Source: Ionaspis alba (taxonomy: Eukaryota). Taken from it: a stretch of 61,209 nucleotides of DNA. The translations under genes and the position numbers were made by a program. The DNA lies in contig CAXUUL010000023.1 in the NCBI GenBank assembly GCA_964255285.1, positions 1 through 61,209 on the forward strand, in the 5' to 3' direction. The notes beneath the pieces were generated by a model that saw only the letters and a list, made by a program, of their open reading frames with translations, ran no database searches and was not told the origin of the DNA. Position 1 is the stretch's first letter. Each line of letters opens with the position of its first letter. Shown one piece after another: positions 38,531 to 52,224 of the stretch.

Positions 38531-40693
38531 TCAACTGATATATGCGAGCCATAAAAACCAGATGAGGGCAATGGATGCGACGGGGAGTGTGGCTTGCTTC
38601 ATCTCGGTCCAGACGAATCTCCAGCCCCTTCTTGTTTTGCGTGCTGTTTTCTCATCATCATTCCAACCGCCCTTACCTGGAGCATTAAAGCTCTTGCCGT
38701 TGCCCTCAGGGGTATAACTCCCATTCGGATATGGAGATATAGTAGTGGTCTCGATGGGGATGCCATAACTGATTGCCGGACTGACACTTCTGGTACGATT
38801 TGCGGCTGGTCTCGCTGCTAGGCCGTTCGTATAAGCACTGTCCGATGAATTTGAGCTCGATGAGCCAGACTTGGAATCTGCTCGATCCCTCTTCTGCACC
38901 TCGCTGTAATTGAGATGTGAGCGGGTCAATGGCAGTATCTGATCAACGATCTTTCCCTGTCCAGGGCGTAGGCCGAGACCGATGACAACCGCACGTACAG
39001 CAAGGGCAAGCAGTGTAAAACCGAGGAGTTGGAGGTAGTGGATGAAGATGCTCAATTGATCGGGTAGCAAGCAAAGGTGACTTTTGATTGTATTCGTCTC
39101 AAGTCCTTCGCTGAGATCCTTCGTCTGTTTCAGAGGATTTCCTTCATTGTCAATTGGATTCCATAAGCTCAACATGAGAAATCCTGGTCTCCGAATACCC
39201 ATTGCCCAGGACATTGACTTCACCGTAATCTCGCGGATCCCGCGACCTTGCGACGTGTAGCCACGATGAACGACTTCGCAGTAGTCGTGATCATCGCCCG
39301 AAAAAACATGCTGTACATTGCCAACCTTCTCGATGAGTTCTTTCGAGACATCGGGGTGGAGAACGTTCTGATACTGATATCCTGCAGAGACGGAAATAGC
39401 GTTTCGATCGTCGCTCTCTACAGGTGCATCTGGATTATCACTGGTCCGCGATGGAGGCCATCGCTCTCTCTGAGGTCCACATGGAGTCCCTGGTGCTCGA
39501 TAGAGGGGAACGTGAGTCAGGAGTATTGTGGGCAAATCTCCAGGTAGGTTCGGAAAAGCCTTCGGAATTCCTTCCTTCAAGGCCGAAGTATTCAAGTCCG
39601 ACACAACATGATCGTATTGTGGGTATATTGGCCTGCCAGCTCTTGCACGTAGTTCATGCGCAACAGCTCTGGCCTTATTGTCCTCGACCTGAGATAAGAA
39701 GACCTCTGCAGTCTCCCAGATCTGCTTGTTTGACTTTTGACCTTTTTCAAGCTCCTTCAAATCCAATTCAGATTGTCCCTTAGCACTCAGCGAGACCGTG
39801 TCTACCGACACAACTGTATGATTGCCGACGACATCAATTCTATTCCCATATCCAAAGTATGTACTGAATCTATCGCGCACCGAGAGGCGAATTCCACTTC
39901 CAAGCCCAAGGTCGTGGTTCCCTGGCAGGCTTGCTACAATCTTCCTATCCCGCGCGATCTGGCTTGCGAGAGCAGGTTTGGTGCTCCAATTCTCGAAGAA
40001 TATCCGACCAAACCTACCATACTCCTTTAACCAAAACTTGCTGTCATATTTCTTAAGGTTCTTGTCCGGACTCTTGCTCTTCCCTGTAGCCCACTCCCGT
40101 CCACCGTCAAAAAGATCACCCAGGAAGAATGCGGTATCAGGCTGTAGAACTCTCTGCAGCGAAGCAAAGGAGCGTCGGAGGTAGAGATCGGTGTGACGAA
40201 TTGTCAGAGTAGATAGGGGCCAAGGCCGACCTGGATATGTGTGAGGATCGACAAGCTGTGGATCTGCAAGCAGGACAACGTGATGGGGATTCGCATTGGA
40301 AGGCTATGCATGGCAGGTCAGCAATCGACCTTTGTATATCAGTACCATAGGAACTAGTTATTAAGTTACCCAGCTCTCCCAATTTTCCCACTGACAGCTT
40401 CGAACCCGTTTCAAGAAGATTGATCTCTCTCCCCACCAAAGAACCAGCATCCACAGCAGGATCAGACCTATTTTGGTCCTCGAGGGTCGTCCAAACGGCC
40501 AAAGTTCCCTTAGACAATGCCTCTTTGTTTTTGAATGTTTTCCGTCCTTTGTCCAGTCGGTAGGAATGCTCCTTTGGTCAAACACTCTCCTGACATTCTC
40601 TGGTAAACCATGGTAGAGGAATTGCGCGGCACCTGGAGGTTCATGGTGAAGTGCGCGGGCTGGCTGTCTGCTCTCGTAATAGGGTCCACTCAT
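38531..40693 (-). CDS. CDC1: Cdc1-like Mn-dependent metallophosphoesterase (GPI remodelling)
   Basis: ADPQLVDPHTYPGRPW, FLGDLFDGGREW, LPGNHD, LLTHVPL, FSGDDHDYC, SMSWAMG, CLLPDQL; intron 40304-40369; N- and C-terminal transmembrane segments. Confidence 0.92.
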
Positions 40694-41081
40694 CGTGAAG
40701 AGAACTCCTCGACGACACTCATCGCGCGCTCTGTATAGAATGTGACCAACAATTACAACGTTATGGTGGAACAGTTGGACTCTACCTTGCGGCAGCTGAT
40801 CTCGAATGCGCGGTTAGTGCACGAATTGTGCTGCAGCTCTTGTTTGTGAAGAGAGCACCCGACGGCGGCACCCCAACTAGCGCGACGTCATTACGGTATA
40901 CAGAGCACTCAACGGTGTCGACATATTTTCCATCACTTCCACTCACTGTGTCAAAATGAGAACAAAAGCTCTAGAGGATATTTCTTCGCTCTTTAACTCT
41001 ATATCAGTATCTGTTTGATCTCCTCCGTGTACCTTCTTCGGAGCCCTACATTACGCGTTCCAGCGCACCCCTCCAACCAGT

Positions 41082-43028
41082 ATGGCGTTGTCAAAGTCCA
41101 CTCGGATCATGATTCTGCTTGGAATAGACTCTGCCTTTTTCCTGCTAGAACTCGTTGTTGGTGAATAGTACCCGTGTTGCAGCACTCTCATGTCATTGGA
41201 GCTGATAGCTATTATTAGGGTATGCTGTTCACTCACTGGCGCTCGTGGCGGACTCGTTTCACATGGTAGGCTGGGTCGACTTTCTCTTCCGCTTCTCCAA
41301 CACTGACTGTGCTGTGACAGCTTAATGATGTTCTGTCACTTTGCGTTGGTCTGTGGGCTGTCAGAGTGGCGGGTCAGAAGACAAGTTCGAAGATGTATAC
41401 ATATGGAGTACGACATTGTTCTCGGCCTCAAAAGTTGAGTACGACCGGACTAACCCTTCGTGTAGTGGCAACGGGCGGAAACTCTGGGTGCTCTTGTGAA
41501 CGGTGTCTTCCTTGTGGCCCTGTGCATGTCCATATTTCTCGAAGCTATACAAAGATTCGTCGAGCCACAGGTTGTCTCGAACCCCAGACTAGTACTCATC
41601 GTCGGCTGCTTCGGACTACTATCGAACATCCTTGGATTATTTTTATTCCACGATCATGGTCACGGCCATGGTGATTCTGGTCATGGGCATGCTCATGGTG
41701 AGGACGAAAATGTTTCTGCTGCCGAAGAAGGTCATGCACATTACGATGGTGGAGATGTCCATACAAAGGCGATCGCGGATGAGGGTGGCAATGTGGCGGA
41801 TGTACTGCCCGAGAGCACTCTTGGAGGCTGGCCACGGAGTGGAAGCGTCGCCGATGCAAATGCTCGAAGAAGTCGCAAAAAAAGTTCAAAGGCATTTTCA
41901 AAGAGTGATGAGGATGACTCCACCGCTACAGGAACTACATCGCCTCTCTCCGTGAGGAAGTCAACTACTAACAGCTCCCAACGTCGGCATCGCCGGCACA
42001 CAAGCGCATCTCGCCAGCGATACGGTAGTGTTGACGATATCCATGTTCATCCCGCGAGCTTCAGGAACGAGATCATTGCCGCCAGCAGGCTAGAGGACAT
42101 TGAATCAGGGACTGGCTCGGAATCTGAGGAGGAAGAGGCCGTTGAAGACGAGGATGAGGATGCAGCTGAAGGGTCGGCACTGCTCAAGCATTCCACAAGC
42201 CACAGCCCCAGAAAACGCAAGAGTTCAGAAAGTCACAAATATACATCACCACCGCGTCACAATTCGTGGCATATAAGTCACAACCACAATCAGCCAAAGA
42301 ATGGGGAAGAGCAGGCAGGCCATTCACATAGCGATCTCAACATGCGCGGTGTCTTTCTTCACGTCATGGGCGATGCGCTTGGCAACATCGGTGTTATTGC
42401 TTCTGCTCTGTTCATCTGGCTGACCAATTATTCTTGGAGGTATTACACCGATCCCGCTATCTCCCTCATCATCACCGTGATCATCCTCGGCTCTGCGCTC
42501 CCACTCTGCAGAGCAGCATCACGGATTCTGCTTCAAGCCGTCCCAGCCGGCATCAGCGTCGACGACATCAAGGAGGATATCGAAGAACTACCCGGCATCA
42601 TAAGCTGTCACCATCTACACGTGTGGCAGCTCAGTGACACGAAGCTTGTCGCTTCACTTCACGTCCAGGTCGAGTTCGACTTCAAGGGCGAAGGGTCTGC
42701 TCGATATATGGCTCTTGCTCGGGCTGTCCGGCACTGTCTTCATGAGTATGGCATCCACTCGTCGACTATACAGCCTGAGTTCTGTCTTGATAGCGAACAT
42801 CGACATACATCAGGGTCCCCGTCGGACGATGAAGATACCGGCGACCACCAACAGGCTAATGGACAGCGGTCGAAGATTGCAAGCAAGAACGGCAGTCGAG
42901 CTGCCAGTATGCGCAGTCTTCCAGACACATGTCTGCTGGAGTGTGGTGATGAATGTGGTAAAAGGGATCAGTGCTGTGCCCCCAGTAACGGTGAGACAGA
43001 GAATAATGAGCATGGCCATGCACATTGA
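41082..43028 (+). CDS. ZRC1: CDF-family zinc/cobalt transporter (Zrc1/Cot1-like)
   Basis: MALSKSTRI, SLALVADSFHM|LND, TYG|WQRAETLGALVNG, His-rich loop, LNMRGVFLHVMGDALGN, HHLHVWQL, HSSTIQPE. Introns about 41162-41218, 41266-41320 and 41408-41465. Confidence 0.93.
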
Positions 43029-43483
43029 GGTTGTCGCCTAGACATGAATTGGCTCGTAGATTTTGCATGCTTTCTAGCATATCGAGGATCGGCTGCTTGT
43101 CGCGAATCTGAGGCCTGCGCTCTGTATATAGATCCTAATGCTTTGACGAAAGCGATATCGGAATCTGAGGGAGCAATATAAAGCACTGGTGATCCGATGT
43201 CAGTTCTGTCAAACCCCTCCGATTACACGCCTACTCTTGCCAGAGATGCGAGGCCGGCAATCTAGACGTTGACTTAAAATGGATGTTACTCACTCCGTAT
43301 GCTCAACGCTCATCAGGAGCCAAAGAACAATTTTCCCAGCGATGATCCAATCACTGTAGCTTGTTGAATTCTAGACCCAGCAATTCTCTAGCATCTGCGG
43401 CAGCCACGATCTGTTTATCTTCCATTCTAGAATGGGCAAGCAATACCTACCCAAGTCGATATGGGGCATAGACCGCAGGCTAC

Positions 43484-44354
43484 TCAAATCTCCTTATCGA
43501 CATCTATTGCCACCAACACGACAAATATAGCCAACAAGACCTATCGCCAAAATAAACCCCGTTCTTGGCCACACCAGCATCTGATCCACTCACCAGAAAC
43601 GCAAGTCCGCCTATTACATTCATCTCCCATCCTGCCACATGTATTTTGCCCCTTACCAGAGCATTTTGCTGCCGCCAGAAGCGGAAGGCTCCTAGAATGG
43701 CGATGACAATTGCAAAGCCGATACACGTACAAGCTAATGGGGTCCCTATCACAAAGAAACCGAGTCGCGTATTCGGAACCTCCGTATGCTGGAGCCGGAA
43801 GAGTTGAGCAATGACTATGCCCAAGATAGCGAAGGCTAAGGAGGTCCTTAGGTAGCCCAAAAAAGTTCGTTCAAGCGCTGTAGAACATGTGAGTGCTGGT
43901 AGAACGAAGATGGCATGGTACTCTGGGCATTACAGCCACGAGTCTTGAGCTTGAAATACCAGAGTGACTGAGAATACACAACAGTCTTCTCGAGCACAAA
44001 GAAATACGATGTTTAGAGCACAGCAGTACACGAGAATAACACATACAGTAAATTGTCAACAACAACGAGCGCAAGCTCGCAGATCTAAACATAGCAAGGA
44101 GATGGCTCACCAAAATGATCTCTACAATCGTCATGGGATACTGTCACCCTGACCTGTCTCTTCCAGAAAGTTTTCACAGCACTCCAAGGCCTGTGAAACT
44201 CCAATCTCTGGGTTCTACCGGCCGCATCTGTGGGCACCGCTAGTTGTTCCTGCCTCGATTCACCGCCAGCTTTATTTCCACCCATGCTTTGATCTCGAAG
44301 TTCAGTAGCCTCTCGGGCACCTTCATCATCTGCAGGCCGGTCATCCTCTGCCAT
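43484..44354 (-). CDS. DUF202 membrane protein
   Basis: RDHF|ALERTFLGYLRTS joined across intron 43878-44110; three transmembrane helices; RFWRQQNALVRG; second short intron near 43545-43593. Confidence 0.85.
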
Positions 44355-45301
44355 CCGAGCACACACAGCCAAAGAACGGACGACCAAGCCAAACCAGTCC
44401 CTCGGTGCCAAGATGGTCTGATCCCGCAACTATCCGGATATATGCAACGGTCCTTTCTGAATGCAATGTATTATGCCGTTTCCCACCTCATGCGGGTTGC
44501 CGATCTCGCAAAATTGTTTGCGTGAGGTAGAGGATCGCTTCGCATGATGCAGTGAGACGAGTTACTGGGCATCGAACTAGTTATGTTGGGTAAAAGTTCC
44601 CCGAGGGACACTGCAATCTCCGCCTCGATTTGAGGGAATTTATTCGCCGCGATCGCTACCAGGATCCCATCACAGCATGAACACTACACATATGCAGTTG
44701 ATCACGCAGGCGTGTGGCATATATGTGTAAGTAACGACTCGAAGTATGGTCATCATTGCCTCGTATTACTCGGAACGTTGTTTTGTGCAGGAAGTATGCA
44801 CTCTATACCGCTGTAATTGATACTGGCTTCGATGCTGCTGGGGACTCGCCATCCACGAACGCACATGGTGGAATAATTAGACTCGATTAAGATGAGGTTT
44901 TTTCGAGTGTATCACTGCTATTAACACTGTTCCATGATCCGACTTACCAAAGAGTTCTTGGAACGAAGGCGATATACCTGAGCTTTCCCGTCGAGCTCAA
45001 TCATGATAAGCAGGACGACCGGGAGAACGTCGAAGCCTCCAGCCTAGGTGGGAGTTCATTTCGTAGCATTGCAAACTATTGTCACTCTATGAGTTGCCTA
45101 ATATTCATTATCATTGTCCAAGATCTTGTTTCCATGTCTAAGAAGTGCTACCACTACATGCAGCTGCTTATGACGTATCACATCTCACAGTTGCAGATTA
45201 TGTTTGGCCTCGACAATTCGACTTATAAGTTGAAAGGCCATTCACCATATAGCTATATGGTCCTTCAAAATTACTAGAATAGGTAGCGGTTGTCATCAAG
45301 G

Positions 45302-48033
45302 ATGGAAGAAGAAGGCAATTCCATCGGCGCTAATCCGACAAGCAATGCCCGCAGTGTAGCAAGATCGCTCACGTTAGAAGAGCAGGTAAAGCACATTTGA
45401 GCCCGCTCTCATGATCGGCGCTGACCCTGACCAGGTCTCGCTGCTCGCGGGAGCGGATGCATGGAGGACAACGGCTATTGCATCCAAAGGCATACCAGCT
45501 ATTAAAACTACAGATGGTCCGAACGCTGCTAGAGGAGCTTTCTTCACTGATGGGACGCCAGTAAGTACAGATGAACGGTACTGGGAAGCCTCTTTAACAT
45601 CAAATAGGCGGCATATTTTCCGTGCGGCGTGTCTCTTGCAGCCACGTGGAACGTCGATCTTGTACAAGAGGTCGGAGAAAATCTTGCGGAAGAGACCAAA
45701 GCGCGCGGCGCTGATGTTCTACTGGCGCCTACGGTCGGCATGCATCGATCTCCGCTTGGAGGGCGGAACTTTGAGTCGTTCTCAGAGGATCCATATCTAA
45801 CAGGAAAGGTGGCTGCTTCCTACATCAATGGGTTGCAAAGCCGAGGTATAGCGGCTACAATCAAGCACTTTGTGGGCAATGAGCAAGAAACCAACAAGAA
45901 TACCATAGATTCGGTCATTCAAGAGAGACCGCTGAGAGAGGTGTACCTGAAGCCATTTGAGATTGCGATTCGAGAGTCAAAACCGTGGGCTTTGATGACT
46001 TCTTACAACCAAGTCAATGGTGTACATACCGATTTGAACAAGCATATGTTACAAGATATCTTGAGAAATGAATGGAAGTACGAAGGGTAAGTTTCGTTGG
46101 GACAATTAGCGCGACGAAACAGAAACTAATATATCAGTTGTGTCATCTCTGATTGGCATGGAGTCAACTCCGTGACAAAATCTATTGCAGCAGGCTGTGA
46201 CCTAGAAATGCCTGGACCGAGCCGCTGGCGTGGTGAGAAAGCAATCGAGGCGGTCAAGAGCGGTGAATTGGCAAAATCTGACGTGGAGAGAAGTGCTGCG
46301 AATGTCATACATCTCATTGAGAAAACAAAAAGCATGAAAGGGCCTCGAGAACAACCTGAACGTGCTGACGACAGGCAACAAACACGAGACTTGATCCGAA
46401 GAGCTGGGCATGAGGGTCTGACATTACTCAAGAACGAAGGCATCCTTCCTCTGAAAGACGGTTCCGGCTCAATCGCGCTGATTGGACCCAATGCCAAACG
46501 CGCTGTTGCTGGTGGCGGTGGGAGTGCGAGCTTGAAGCCTTACTATACTACCACACCATATGAGGGACTCAAGCAGCTCTCACAGTCGCAAATAATCTAT
46601 GCACAAGGCTGCAACATCTCCAAGCGGTTGCCCTTGATGTCAGAGGCCAATTGTAAAACGCCATCCGGAAGACTCGGTGTGGTCCTAGAATATTACAAGG
46701 GAGATCAATTTGACGGCAAACCGGTACATGTCGAGCGCAAAATGAGCACACATCTCTTCCTATGGGATTCTGCACCAAAAGACGTTCTACCAGAGTACTC
46801 GTTCAGAGTAAAGTGTACTGTGACTCCCGTCACGTCGGGCTTGCATAGCTTTAGCTTCTCGAGTGTGGGTCCTGGAAGGCTGTTCCTGAACCAGAAACTG
46901 TTCATCGACAACTGGGATTGGACCGAGCAAGGGGAAACCATGTTTGAAGACTCAGTAGACATGGTGAAAAAGATCCAAATGGAAGCTGGCAAGTCAGTTG
47001 ATGTTACAGTGGAGAGTACCAACCAGATACGACCTCAATCGAAGATATCCCCCGGTGGTTCAACTCATGCTCACGGTGGCTGCCGAATTGGCTTCGAGGA
47101 GGAATCACACGTTGACCTACTCAAAGAAGCAGTCAAGGTGGCCAAGCAAGCTGATGCGGCAGTGATCTGTGTGGGTCTGGACGCTGAATGGGAACCTGAA
47201 GGATACGACCGTCAAACCATGGATCTACCACGTAACGGCAATCAAGATGAGCTTATCGAAGCCATTGTTAATGCCAATCCTCGGACGGTGGTGGTCAACC
47301 AGTCAGGTACACCTGTGACAATGCCATGGGCTGATAAGGTGCCCGCGATCTTTCAAGGCTGGTACCAAGGTCAAGAGGCTGGTCGAGCCCTGGCGGATGT
47401 ACTTCTAGGACGAGTATCACCGAGTGGCAAGCTCCCAGTGACATTCCCCAGAGTTCTGGAGGACAGTCCGGCTTATCATAACTGGCCAGGAGTGAACGGT
47501 AAGGTGGTGTATGCAGAGGGTTTGTTTATTGGTTACAGACACTATGACGCCACAAACAGTGTGCCACGTTTTCCTTTCGGCCACGGTCTCTCTTACACCA
47601 CTTTCGAGTATGGACAGCCTTCTATCAGCTCAACGGTGTTACCGGAGGGTGGACATGTGATAGTCTCCTTGGAGGTGAAGAATTCTGGTCAAGTGGCGGG
47701 TGGTGAGATTGTGCAGGCCTATATCCGAGATTTCACTTCGAATCTTCCTCGCCCAGAGAAGGAGTTGCAATCATTTGCCAAAGTGCATCTACTGCCAGGT
47801 CAAACGAAAGAGGTTCAGCTGAAGCTCGACAAGTATTCCGTTGGATACTATGATCCTTCATTGAAAGCGTGGCTGGCAGAGGCTGGCACTTTTCAAGTGC
47901 TGATTGGTGCTTCCTCTGTGGATGTACGGTCAGTTGTCTGCGCCTCGTTTCATTGGGGAAAGCCCTAGCTGACAGAACCTCCAGCTCTCGCCTGACTTTT
48001 GAGGTGAAAGAGCCATTCACTTGGGTATTCTAG
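45302..48033 (+). CDS. Intracellular GH3 beta-glucosidase with PA14 and Fn3-like domains
   Basis: LTLEEQ|VSLLAG, TDGPN, RSPLGGRNFESFSEDP, KHF, nucleophile ISDW, DLEMPGP, EGYDR, PSGKLP, PFGHGLSYT. Introns about 45386-45434, 45561-45607, 46088-46137 and 47928-47983; no signal peptide. Confidence 0.93.
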
Positions 48034-48189
48034 GAGCGTTTGGTGGAAGCACATAGCGTTGCGGGGGTCTCCTTATCCTACACTTTTCGGTACTCTTGTA
48101 CTACCACCAGTAGTCTTTAAACGGAAATTTCCCTTACCAGATTCCACATCCATTTCTCAACGTGAGCACTTGCTGATCTAAACTAAGCC

Positions 48190-48345
48190 GAGGGCGAGCT
48201 TACCCGAACAGAGGCTGAGCAGGGCCAGAACCGACCTCAGTTAACCACTTCAGGCTTCGTTGAGGCCGGCTACAGTTGCACACTTCACCTCGATGGAGTT
48301 TTTAGCTTGATCCTGCTGCCTTTGCTCAGCCACCCTTTCGCTCTC
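48190..48345 (+). other. Candidate nested stem-loop structure (unassigned)
   Basis: Nested pairings GAGGGCGAG/TTCGCTCTC, GGCTGAGCAGGGC/GCCTTTGCTCAGCC, CCGACCTCAG/TTGAGGCCGG and ACTTCA/TGGAGT found by eye. Confidence 0.25.
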
Positions 48346-48792
48346 CTGTCTCCCACACCGCTGAGCTTCGCAACGAGGTCATCTGTCCCCTTGAGGTTCA
48401 CTCATACTGTAGTCTCTGGCCGAGAAATCGCCGTACTATTTGAGCGATAATCCTTTCGGGCTGCTTCCCCTCTTCCCTCCTCTCTCTCTTTTTGGTCCTT
48501 TAGACATATAGTCTCAGGTGCTGCTATAATTGCTAACGAATCCACGAATGATACTTTGAAAATTTACGAGAATTGTTATTATTTGCTACCGGTTCATAAT
48601 CCAAACATAGAACGATTACGGCAGTCCTAAGCATGAAATGCTTAGGTGAGAGGATTTCCCTTCAGTTGACATCGCGCATCTGCTGCCCCGCAGTACTGCT
48701 GTGAACGACGTGATCCTGATAAGACCTCATGCGTGAGCTGTGAAAATTAGCGATAAATCCCGATTGATCATCGACGCCTAGAGGAAAATCAC

Positions 48793-50476
48793 TTAAGCCT
48801 TGTCATGCTCAGGGAAGTCGTAGATGACTTTGTGGCCGATGACGTCCTCGATAGTCTCGTCGGTGAATTTGAGGTCTTCCTCGACCGGCACTGTGTCCTT
48901 GATCTTCAGAAGCATGACCGGCAGCGCAACGACTAAGCTGCCGGCAAGCAGAACCCAGCATGAAGCGAACAGGTTCATATATGGCGGAGGACTGTTCACG
49001 CCATCCAAACGCCAGATGATAGCTGCGCCTGCTGATTGAATACCTTTGTAGAAGCCTGCGAAGTTGGCGAGCTTGCGACTGTTATTTGTGATGGCACCCA
49101 TAAACCTGGTTTCGATTAGCTAAGTTCATTCGCCATGCCGACTGGAAATTGCTCACCAATATACGCACGTCTGCCATGCTGCGTCATAGAAGCCGTAACA
49201 AACATACAAGAACATTGGTCCAACATAGCCTTTCGTTTCCCAGTCATATACAAAGTGATTGTCCGGGGCAGTGACTTCGCGAGTGTACTTCCTCTGGAAG
49301 ACATAACCCCAGCCCCAGATTGCGAAGGTGAGGATAAACATAACAACCCAAGCAGCCTTTGCTCGTGTAGTCCTCCTGATGTTCGGGAAGTCTAGTGCTA
49401 AACCGAAACTGAGAGCCCCAAACATCTGAGCCAGCCAATAAAGCGTATTGTTAAGTGCTCGAGTACGGGTATTGAACCGTACGAGATTGACATCCTGGAA
49501 TTGGTATGTATAGAACCAATTGGAGGCGAAGAACATTGGAAAGAGGAGTATCACGTAAGGATCATTCCAGAGTGTCTCCCAAAGGCCGAGGATCTCCGAC
49601 TTCCACGTTGGGTGCTTCATTAGTATAATTCGAGACCCATCACGACGCACGACGTGCTTAGCATCAACCAAAGTCCAAGATAGGCAGGCTCCGAGAAACG
49701 TGAGGGCCAAAAAGCCGATATAGGTGCCATCGCTGACAGTGTCGTTGTTCGACTTGTCGATGTTCAAGCCAAGTTCAACCTGGCGTCAGAATCAGCTCCC
49801 CGTATTTGACTTGATTTTGCACGACTTCAGCTTACCAGGCTGCCGATGACAGCGCCCATATTAAAGATAATCCAGAACCAGGAGATGAATCGGCCTTTGA
49901 ATTTCTCTGGCGGATACGACATCATGATCGCACCTTGCGCGGACCAGAGAATACCTGCACAGGATCCAAGCAAGAGGCCGGCAAAGACAATGTACCCTAA
50001 GTTCTGAGTGTGGCTGTAGCATAGATATGAGCTCACATAGATACAGTATCCAAGGCCACCGAATGAGAGGGCGATCTTAATACCGAGAGTATTGACGACG
50101 GTGCCAGCGAAGAAACCGACAACAGAAAAAGTAGCGTAGAGCGCGGAATTTGAGGCGTCGCTCGCAAAAGCATTTTTGCTCAGCTGCCCTGCACCACCAA
50201 GGCCGTTGAGAGCATTGAACATTCCTTCACGCGGTCAGTAGCCCGAAGCAGGATATTGTGTTGCACGGCCTTACCAACACACAAGAAGCACACGAAAGAC
50301 ACCAAGATCAACTGCGATTCGGGTGAGGCATACCAAGGAAGAACGATGGGCCCGAGTTTCCAGCTTTTATATTTCCATCCTCTGGGTATTCCGACCTTCC
50401 TAGGTTCGACAGAATAAGCTGGTGACTGCGTATATTGCGTCTGCGTGATCATTGGCCCCTTCCTAGCTCCAGCCAT
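48793..50476 (-). CDS. UNC-93-like (DUF895) MFS transporter
   Basis: WYASPESQL, FLCVG|MFNALNGLGGAG, LWSAQGAIMMSYP..KGR, FFASNWFYTYQ, GFYKGIQSAG; three introns; many transmembrane helices. Confidence 0.9.
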
Positions 50477-51539
50477 AGAGTGTTAGAGACGGCGAGTACT
50501 TGGACTTGTCGATCAAATAACGATGTAGTTAGTACTAGTAAAGCTTTCCGTTTGCCTGTTAATGATGCATAAATTTGTCTATACCGCTCAACTGACAAAC
50601 GATAAATGATGGCGATGCTTCAGGAAGGCCCCTGAAGCTTTATAGCGCGGAGAAGATAGCAACGTGAAATAAAGACGAGACTGGATTGATCAATTGATGA
50701 TATTACATTGGGTTCCAAAAGAATTTCGACGCCGCCGCGATCGTTCCACTTTTTGGACCCCACGATACAACCTCTCACCCCAGCCAAGTAGGATATCCAA
50801 GGTAAATTAAAGGGCCACAACCGCTTTTCCACAAGCTTACGAGTACCGCTTTGTGCGTTTGGGGCGGCGGCCGCCCTATCTCCCATGCCATAGCCTTGCA
50901 GATAGTCTTCATACGTCTCGACGTAGGCTCTGATGATCAGCAAAGTAGACTCTAACGATTAGCAAAACGTCTAATCAAATTCAGTATCACATGACTCCTC
51001 TGGCTTCTACGAGTCTTGCGATTGCAATATCTAGAGGTTTTAATAGGAGTCCCAAGAGGTATTATCAATCTAACGTTAAGCGCTCGGCTAAATAAGTCGT
51101 CCCAGTGGAGCAGGATCGTAGGATTAAGAAATGGACCTCCTGTTTTAAAGTACAGGACTTGCAGAAGCCCCTGCGTTAGGCACAAACGTGCACACTTTGC
51201 GTTTGCAAATGTTTAACTATTGGCCAACTGAAAGGTGTTCCAGTCGGTTTTTCGTTTGCTAAAACATTGCGATTCGCGTATGGGTGAAAGGTGAGTGTAC
51301 TTCCTCATCTCGCGTACTCGACCTCTGAAACTCTGAGGTAAGGTAGATCAATTCGGCATACAAGGCTTGACGCATGCTACAACCTCTTTTGAGCAGTCTG
51401 TCTCCATCGTAGTCAGAGATCTTTACCTAGGCTCCACGTCTTGCATTGTCTGATCTCGGTTTGTCGCATATTACATTGTGAATCACCACTTGAACTCATT
51501 TACTCCCAACCACAGCTTGCGTCTTAACCTGCAGCTATA

Positions 51540-52113
51540 GGCCACACAGATCACAACTGTGAGTACAGCCTCTGGCGTCATCGCGCTGAGCAAAATAGCT
51601 TGGAAACTATGAAACCTCTTCTCGAAACTCCATCAGGATACCAGAGTTGTGATATTACGGTCATGAATCTAGCAGAGAAGGTCAAGTTGCTTGGCAATGA
51701 GTGCGACCTTGCGTGTACCGAGCTGGACAAATCAAATGAGCAAAAGTAAGACAGGATCACCTCCGCCATATAATGTCGATGGCAGGATTTGGAACTGTCT
51801 CGCGATGTAAGTGGAGGAAACCAATCGAAAAAGCCAAGAACTGGAGCCCTTTGTCTGAAGCGCCAAAGGGCAAAACCCCAATTTCATCAATCACGCTCAT
51901 CGTCAGAAAGCAAGGACCAGATTGCAGGTATGAGGACAAAAGTTTGTAGGCACACACCAACACTCTGCGTACTACGCTACCGTTGTTCAAATATGTAAGC
52001 CTTGCCTCTTATTGACCTTTGATGAAACTAATTTCATCTGCAGGGTACATGCGCATATTACGCCGTGTTGAACTGAACAGGGGCTTGCTAGAGAACTGAA
52101 TAAGTCGCCAAAT
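51540..52113 (+). pseudogene. Decayed 5' coding segment (HeLo-like or fungal STAND N-terminal helical domain) of the downstream TPR-ankyrin gene
   Basis: Reads TVSTASGVIALSKIAWKL*NLFSKLHQDTRV, frameshift, DITVMNLAEKVKLLGNECDL, frameshift, PPPYNVDGRIWNCLAM*VEE..PFV*, then SKDQIAGMRTKVCRH, an intron (about 51994-52043) and TPC*TEQG. Stops at 51610, 51808, 51856 and 52069; the last is in frame with the long ORF. Confidence 0.7.
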
Positions 52114-52224
52114 GTGGTTGAGAAGTTGCAAAGATCATCGGAAACCAACCCGCAGTCGCGACCTTCCTACACCGAGGCCACTTTATTGCAATGCGCGCGT
52201 GGAATTATTGTGGAAGATACGACC

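Noticed and set aside
43878..44110. Long DUF202 intron as snoRNA host or nested intron
   Set aside because: No C/D or H/ACA boxes recognised; an internal GTATGT alone is insufficient.
48626..48646. Perfect 9-bp hairpin CCTAAGCAT-GAA-ATGCTTAGG
   Set aside because: Isolated short palindrome with no supporting context.
48716..48746. Hammerhead-like CTGATAAG..GAAA
   Set aside because: The core does not match CUGANGA and I could not build stems I and III.
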